A stretch of DNA of 42,319 nucleotides from Deltaproteobacteria bacterium (lineage in GTDB: Bacteria; Myxococcota; Myxococcia; Myxococcales; 40CM-4-68-19), in the NCBI GenBank assembly GCA_041499865.1, contig JBGQLA010000003.1, positions 1-42,319 of the forward strand, in the 5' to 3' direction. Below, piece after piece: positions 39,093 through 42,319 of this stretch (within the stretch, counting starts at the first letter, position 1; every line of letters starts with the position of its first letter). The notes beneath the pieces are model-generated. The model had not been told where the DNA came from and did no database searches. It saw only the letters and a list, made by a program, of their open reading frames with translations. Both the position numbers and the translations under genes were made by a program.

Positions 39093-40084
39093 GTCTCTCC
39101 TCCTCGGCGCTTCCGTTTGAAATACTCGTACAGGTCGTCCAGCACGGCGCTGGCCCGTTGCAGCCGCACCTCGTCCTCGGGATGCGCCATGGCGATGCCA
39201 TTGATCAGGTGCTCGAATCCGGCGTTGTCGGGCCGGCCGTACTTCTCGTCCTTCAGATCGATGTCGTGGATCATCTCGGCGAGGGCCCTCAAGGCCGCGT
39301 CGGTGATCTCGAACCGCGCGAGCAGCACCTCGAACGAGCACAGCTCGCCCTGATGCGTGAACTCGCCATCGAACATGTCGAAGCGCAACTCGCTGGCCTG
39401 GTGGCGGTACTCCCGCGCCGACACGAACTTGAACTTCGCCTGCGGGTCGATAAACCGCCGGATGAGCCACGCGCTCGCCATCCGATCTACGTGGATGCCA
39501 GTTCGCGTGACCCAGGTCGCGCCGCGCGGCTTTCCGACTGCCTCGGCAGGAGCGGACTCCTTGTCGGACGCTCGAACTGCGAGCTTCTGCTCCATTTCCT
39601 TGAGCAAACCATCGACGGCTTCGCGGCTGCGCGCGTGGAAGAAATCGATCGCAGCGACGTCCCCCACGCGCTTCTGCAAGCGCGCCAACGCCGCCTTGAT
39701 CTCGCCACGCTTCGCGTCCGGGACCTCGCCCTTGCGCGGAAAGCTGCGCGCCAACTGCCGAGCCTCGTCGGCGACGGCCCGGTAGTCGGCGTCGCGCGCC
39801 GCGCGGAACATCTCCTTGACCTGCTCATCGTTGAGCCCTTCGATGAGCCGAGCTTCGACGAGGGAGGCATCGCCGCCGCCCTCGACGATCTCTCGCAGCA
39901 CCCAGTTCAGGTCCTCCTGCGCCTGCTCGCTCGATGGAAGCGCGTACACCGAGTTCTTGATGGCGATCGCGCCGAGCTTCTGCAGGCGGCGCCAGATCTT
40001 CACCCGGAAGTAGTTCGGCTTGGGCGGGATCTGGTGGATGAGCAACAGCCAACCCGGCTCGGGCGTCTTGTCTTTCGCGGGCAC
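39089..40084 (-). CDS. chrB: Chromate resistance regulator ChrB
   Basis: WLLLIHQIPPKPNYFRVKIWRRL (ChrB_N); WVTRTGIHVDRMASAWLIRRFIDP and FDMFDGEFTHQGELCSFE (ChrB_C). Confidence 0.93.
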   Translation of the reverse strand: MPAKDKTPEPGWLLLIHQIPPKPNYFRVKIWRRLQKLGAIAIKNSVYALPSSEQAQEDLNWVLREIVEGGGDASLVEARLIEGLNDEQVKEMFRAARDADYRAVADEARQLARSFPRKGEVPDAKRGEIKAALARLQKRVGDVAAIDFFHARSREAVDGLLKEMEQKLAVRASDKESAPAEAVGKPRGATWVTRTGIHVDRMASAWLIRRFIDPQAKFKFVSAREYRHQASELRFDMFDGEFTHQGELCSFEVLLARFEITDAALRALAEMIHDIDLKDEKYGRPDNAGFEHLINGIAMAHPEDEVRLQRASAVLDDLYEYFKRKRRGGET

Positions 40085-40090
40085 GCGCCG

Positions 40091-40148
40091 GTTATAGTGC
40101 AGGCGTATCGTGTGTCAACTTGACATCGATACAGGTGAATCATAGCCT
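40091..40148. promoter_or_regulatory. Back-to-back sigma70 promoters with palindromic operator between chrB and chrA
   Basis: GTATCG-TG-TGTCAA-C-TTGACA-T-CGATAC inverted repeat (40105-40132); + strand TTGACA(40120)-N17-TAGCCT; - strand TTGACA-N16-TATAAC. Confidence 0.65.
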
Positions 40149-40174
40149 CCGCCGCGCTTGCGGGGGTGAACATC

Positions 40175-41380
40175 ATGGCTCAGACGCCTTCAGAGCAGGC
40201 CGCAGCGCGCCCGGCCACAGGTCCTGCCGCTCGGGACGTTGTCCCGTGCTCGATGCGGGACCTGTTGCTCTACTTCCTGCGCCTCGGGACCTTCGGCTTC
40301 GGCGGCCCCATCGCGCTCGCCGGATACATGCAGCGCGACCTCGTCGAAGATCGCCGCTGGGTGTCGAAACAGGACTACCTCGAGGGCCTCGCTCTCTCGC
40401 AGCTCTCGCCGGGACCGCTCGCGGCGCAGCTCGCGATGTACCTTGGCTGGGTCAGGGGGGGAATTGCCGGCGCGACCGCGGTGGCGGTGGCCTTCGTCGG
40501 CCCTTCGTTCGCGATGGTGCTTTTGATCTCGTGGCTGTACGTGCGCTATGGCGGGCTGCCGTGGATCGAGTCGGTGTTCTACGGCATCGGCGCGGCCGTC
40601 ATCGCCATCATCGCGCGCAGTGCGTACAAGCTGGCGCGGACCACGGTGGGCAAGGATCCGGTGCTGATCGCGCTGTTCGCGATCAGCGGCTTGGTCACCG
40701 CTTTGAGCGAAAAGGAGGTCATCTGGATCTTCCTCGGTTGTGGCGTCGTCGCGCTCCTGGTGAAGGCGTGGCGGCCATCGGCAGCCACCGTCTCGGCGCT
40801 TCTCGTGCCCACCTGGCTGATTTCCGGAATGAAAGGTCCGGCGCTGGGAGAACTGTGGCGCATCGCCTGGTACTTCGCCGAGGCGGGCGCGTTCGTGTTT
40901 GGAAGCGGCCTCGCCATCGTGCCCTTCCTGCACGGCGGCGTAGTGGACGACTTTCATTGGCTTGGCGAGCGGCAGTTCCTCGACGCGGTCGCGGTCGCGA
41001 TGATCACGCCGGGCCCCGTCGTGATCACGGTCGCTTTCATTGGCTTTCTCGTCGCCGGGCTGGCGGGCGCTACACTTTCGGCGGCCGGAGTCTTCCTGCC
41101 GCCCTACCTGTTCGTCATCGTGCTGGCGCCTTATTTCCGGCGCTGGTCGTCGAACGTGAAGGTCAAGGCGTTCGTGGCCGGCGTGACGTCGGCGGCCGCG
41201 GGCGCAATCGCGGGCGCCGCGTACGTCCTCGGCCGGCGCGCGATCATCGATCTGCCGACCGCGGCCATCTGCGTGATCGTACTGGCGCTCCTGATCAAGG
41301 CGCGCAAGATTCCCGAACCGTTGATCATCCTCGCCGCGGGGGCGGCCGGACTCGTGCTCCGGCATGAAGTCGCGCGATGA
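40175..41380 (+). CDS. chrA: Chromate efflux transporter ChrA (long-chain CHR family)
   Basis: FLRLGTFGFGGP, SQLSPGP, GAFVFGSG and AMITPGP duplicated CHR motifs. Confidence 0.95.
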   Translation: MAQTPSEQAAARPATGPAARDVVPCSMRDLLLYFLRLGTFGFGGPIALAGYMQRDLVEDRRWVSKQDYLEGLALSQLSPGPLAAQLAMYLGWVRGGIAGATAVAVAFVGPSFAMVLLISWLYVRYGGLPWIESVFYGIGAAVIAIIARSAYKLARTTVGKDPVLIALFAISGLVTALSEKEVIWIFLGCGVVALLVKAWRPSAATVSALLVPTWLISGMKGPALGELWRIAWYFAEAGAFVFGSGLAIVPFLHGGVVDDFHWLGERQFLDAVAVAMITPGPVVITVAFIGFLVAGLAGATLSAAGVFLPPYLFVIVLAPYFRRWSSNVKVKAFVAGVTSAAAGAIAGAAYVLGRRAIIDLPTAAICVIVLALLIKARKIPEPLIILAAGAAGLVLRHEVAR

Positions 41381-42126
41381 AGTGGGTAACGCGCCACCAT
41401 GCACGGGTGAACCGCACGCCTGTAGAGGTGCCGGCGAGGATTCTTGCCGCCACCTTCCTGGTGGTCGCGTTCTCTGCGCGGACCGCGCTGGCATTCCCGC
41501 CCTACCATTCGACCGATGCCGAGACCGCGGACCCCTGGACGCTCGAGACGCGCCTTGGCCTGGTCCGGCTCGAGCGCGACGTGGGTCACAATGAATACGC
41601 GAGCCCCCTGCTCCGCGTGAACCTCGGGCTGCCTCACGGCGTGGAGCTCGTCTCCGAGCTCGAGTGCCGCGCGGTCCTGCGGAGCGTCGGCGACGCCGCG
41701 CTGGGCTTCAAGTGGGTGCCGTTCATGGCTTCGCTCAGCGTCGGAATCGAGGCGCTGGCACTGTTGCCAATCTCGAGCGCGGGCGGAGCCGGCGTCGAGA
41801 CGTCGCTGCTCGCCACCTGGCGGGCGGGCGAGTTGTTGCGGACCCATCTGAACCTGACGGGCTTCTACGATGCTCGCGCGACACCGGCCGAGCGCGGATG
41901 GAAGGCAGGGCTGGTCAACGAGCTCCGCCTCGGGCGATTCCGGCCGGGCATCGAGATCTTCGCAGAACAGGTGCGCGGCGAGGCTGTTCAGGTCGTCGCC
42001 GGTCCAGGCATCATCGTGAAGCTCGGTCCCATCGACGTCCGCTCGGGCATCCACTTCGGTCTCACTCCCCGGGCGACGGATCTGGCCGTGAGCTTCTGGA
42101 TTGCCGGCGCGTTTCCCCTTGACTGA
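41377..42126 (+). CDS. Hypothetical outer-membrane beta-barrel-like protein, with a ChrB_C/ChrF-like N-terminal remnant fused in frame
   Basis: MKWVTRHHARVNR resembles the start of ChrB_C-only proteins. A signal peptide follows (possible GTG start 41428), then FPPYHSTDAETA and amphipathic beta strands. Confidence 0.65.
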   Translation: MKWVTRHHARVNRTPVEVPARILAATFLVVAFSARTALAFPPYHSTDAETADPWTLETRLGLVRLERDVGHNEYASPLLRVNLGLPHGVELVSELECRAVLRSVGDAALGFKWVPFMASLSVGIEALALLPISSAGGAGVETSLLATWRAGELLRTHLNLTGFYDARATPAERGWKAGLVNELRLGRFRPGIEIFAEQVRGEAVQVVAGPGIIVKLGPIDVRSGIHFGLTPRATDLAVSFWIAGAFPLD

Positions 42127-42129
42127 TCC

Positions 42130-42319
42130 GGAACGCGGTTCGCGACCAGCACGGTCGGGTCGGTCATCTCCTTGCGCACGCAGTAGGGGTCGGCTTCGCG
42201 GTGAAGCTTGCCCGGTGCGGGCGCGTCGCCGGTGAAGCGCACCTCACCCTCGATGACCGCCGCTCCGACCGGCAAAGCGACGACGGCACCGCCCTGCGTG
42301 CTCACTGCCGCCGGCGCGG
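42130..42319 (-). pseudogene. Truncated carboxypeptidase-regulatory-like domain (lipo)protein, partial at window edge
   Basis: IEGEVRFTGDAPAPGKLHREADPYC...PTVLVAN resembles the family's N-terminal part, then runs into antisense of the previous gene. Confidence 0.45.

Larger units (their letters stand above)
36110..42319. mobile_element. Second, decayed integrative element / accessory region in tandem at the selC att (right end not in window)
   Basis: Integrase remnant immediately after att; primase remnant; several truncated genes; metal-resistance cargo. Confidence 0.6.

Overview
GC-rich bacterial window, most consistent with a myxobacterium (Myxococcota/Anaeromyxobacter-like); this is judged from gene content and is not verified. 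Bases 1-28150 look like core-type genome: VWA protein, HAD-IG 5'-nucleotidase, peptidase-MA/TolB/Omp85 protein, PagL, TMEM175, FAD oxidase, S9 and M13 peptidases, an RND efflux system, a Ser/Thr kinase, a CoA-transferase and a flavodoxin-fold reductase. Two candidate peptide-modification cassettes sit in this part: (i) a 66-aa Trp-terminal peptide translationally coupled to a ferritin-like diiron enzyme, upstream of two peptidases, and (ii) an SdpABC-like trio (secreted protein + DUF5819/SdpA-like + HTTM/SdpB-like) directly behind the RND pump. tRNA-Sec (selC, 28155-28253) is an integration hotspot. Its 3' 26 bp recur exactly at 36084-36109, delimiting a ~7.9 kb integrase-less island (frameshifted lipoprotein, lipase-like protein with an internal duplication, ECF sigma + Ser/Thr kinase) that keeps putative arm-type repeats at both ends. 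A second, decayed element follows: fused primase/integrase remnants, a double-Rieske protein + cytochrome c, and a chromate-resistance module (chrB/chrA with chrC and chrF-like remnants). It runs past the window end.
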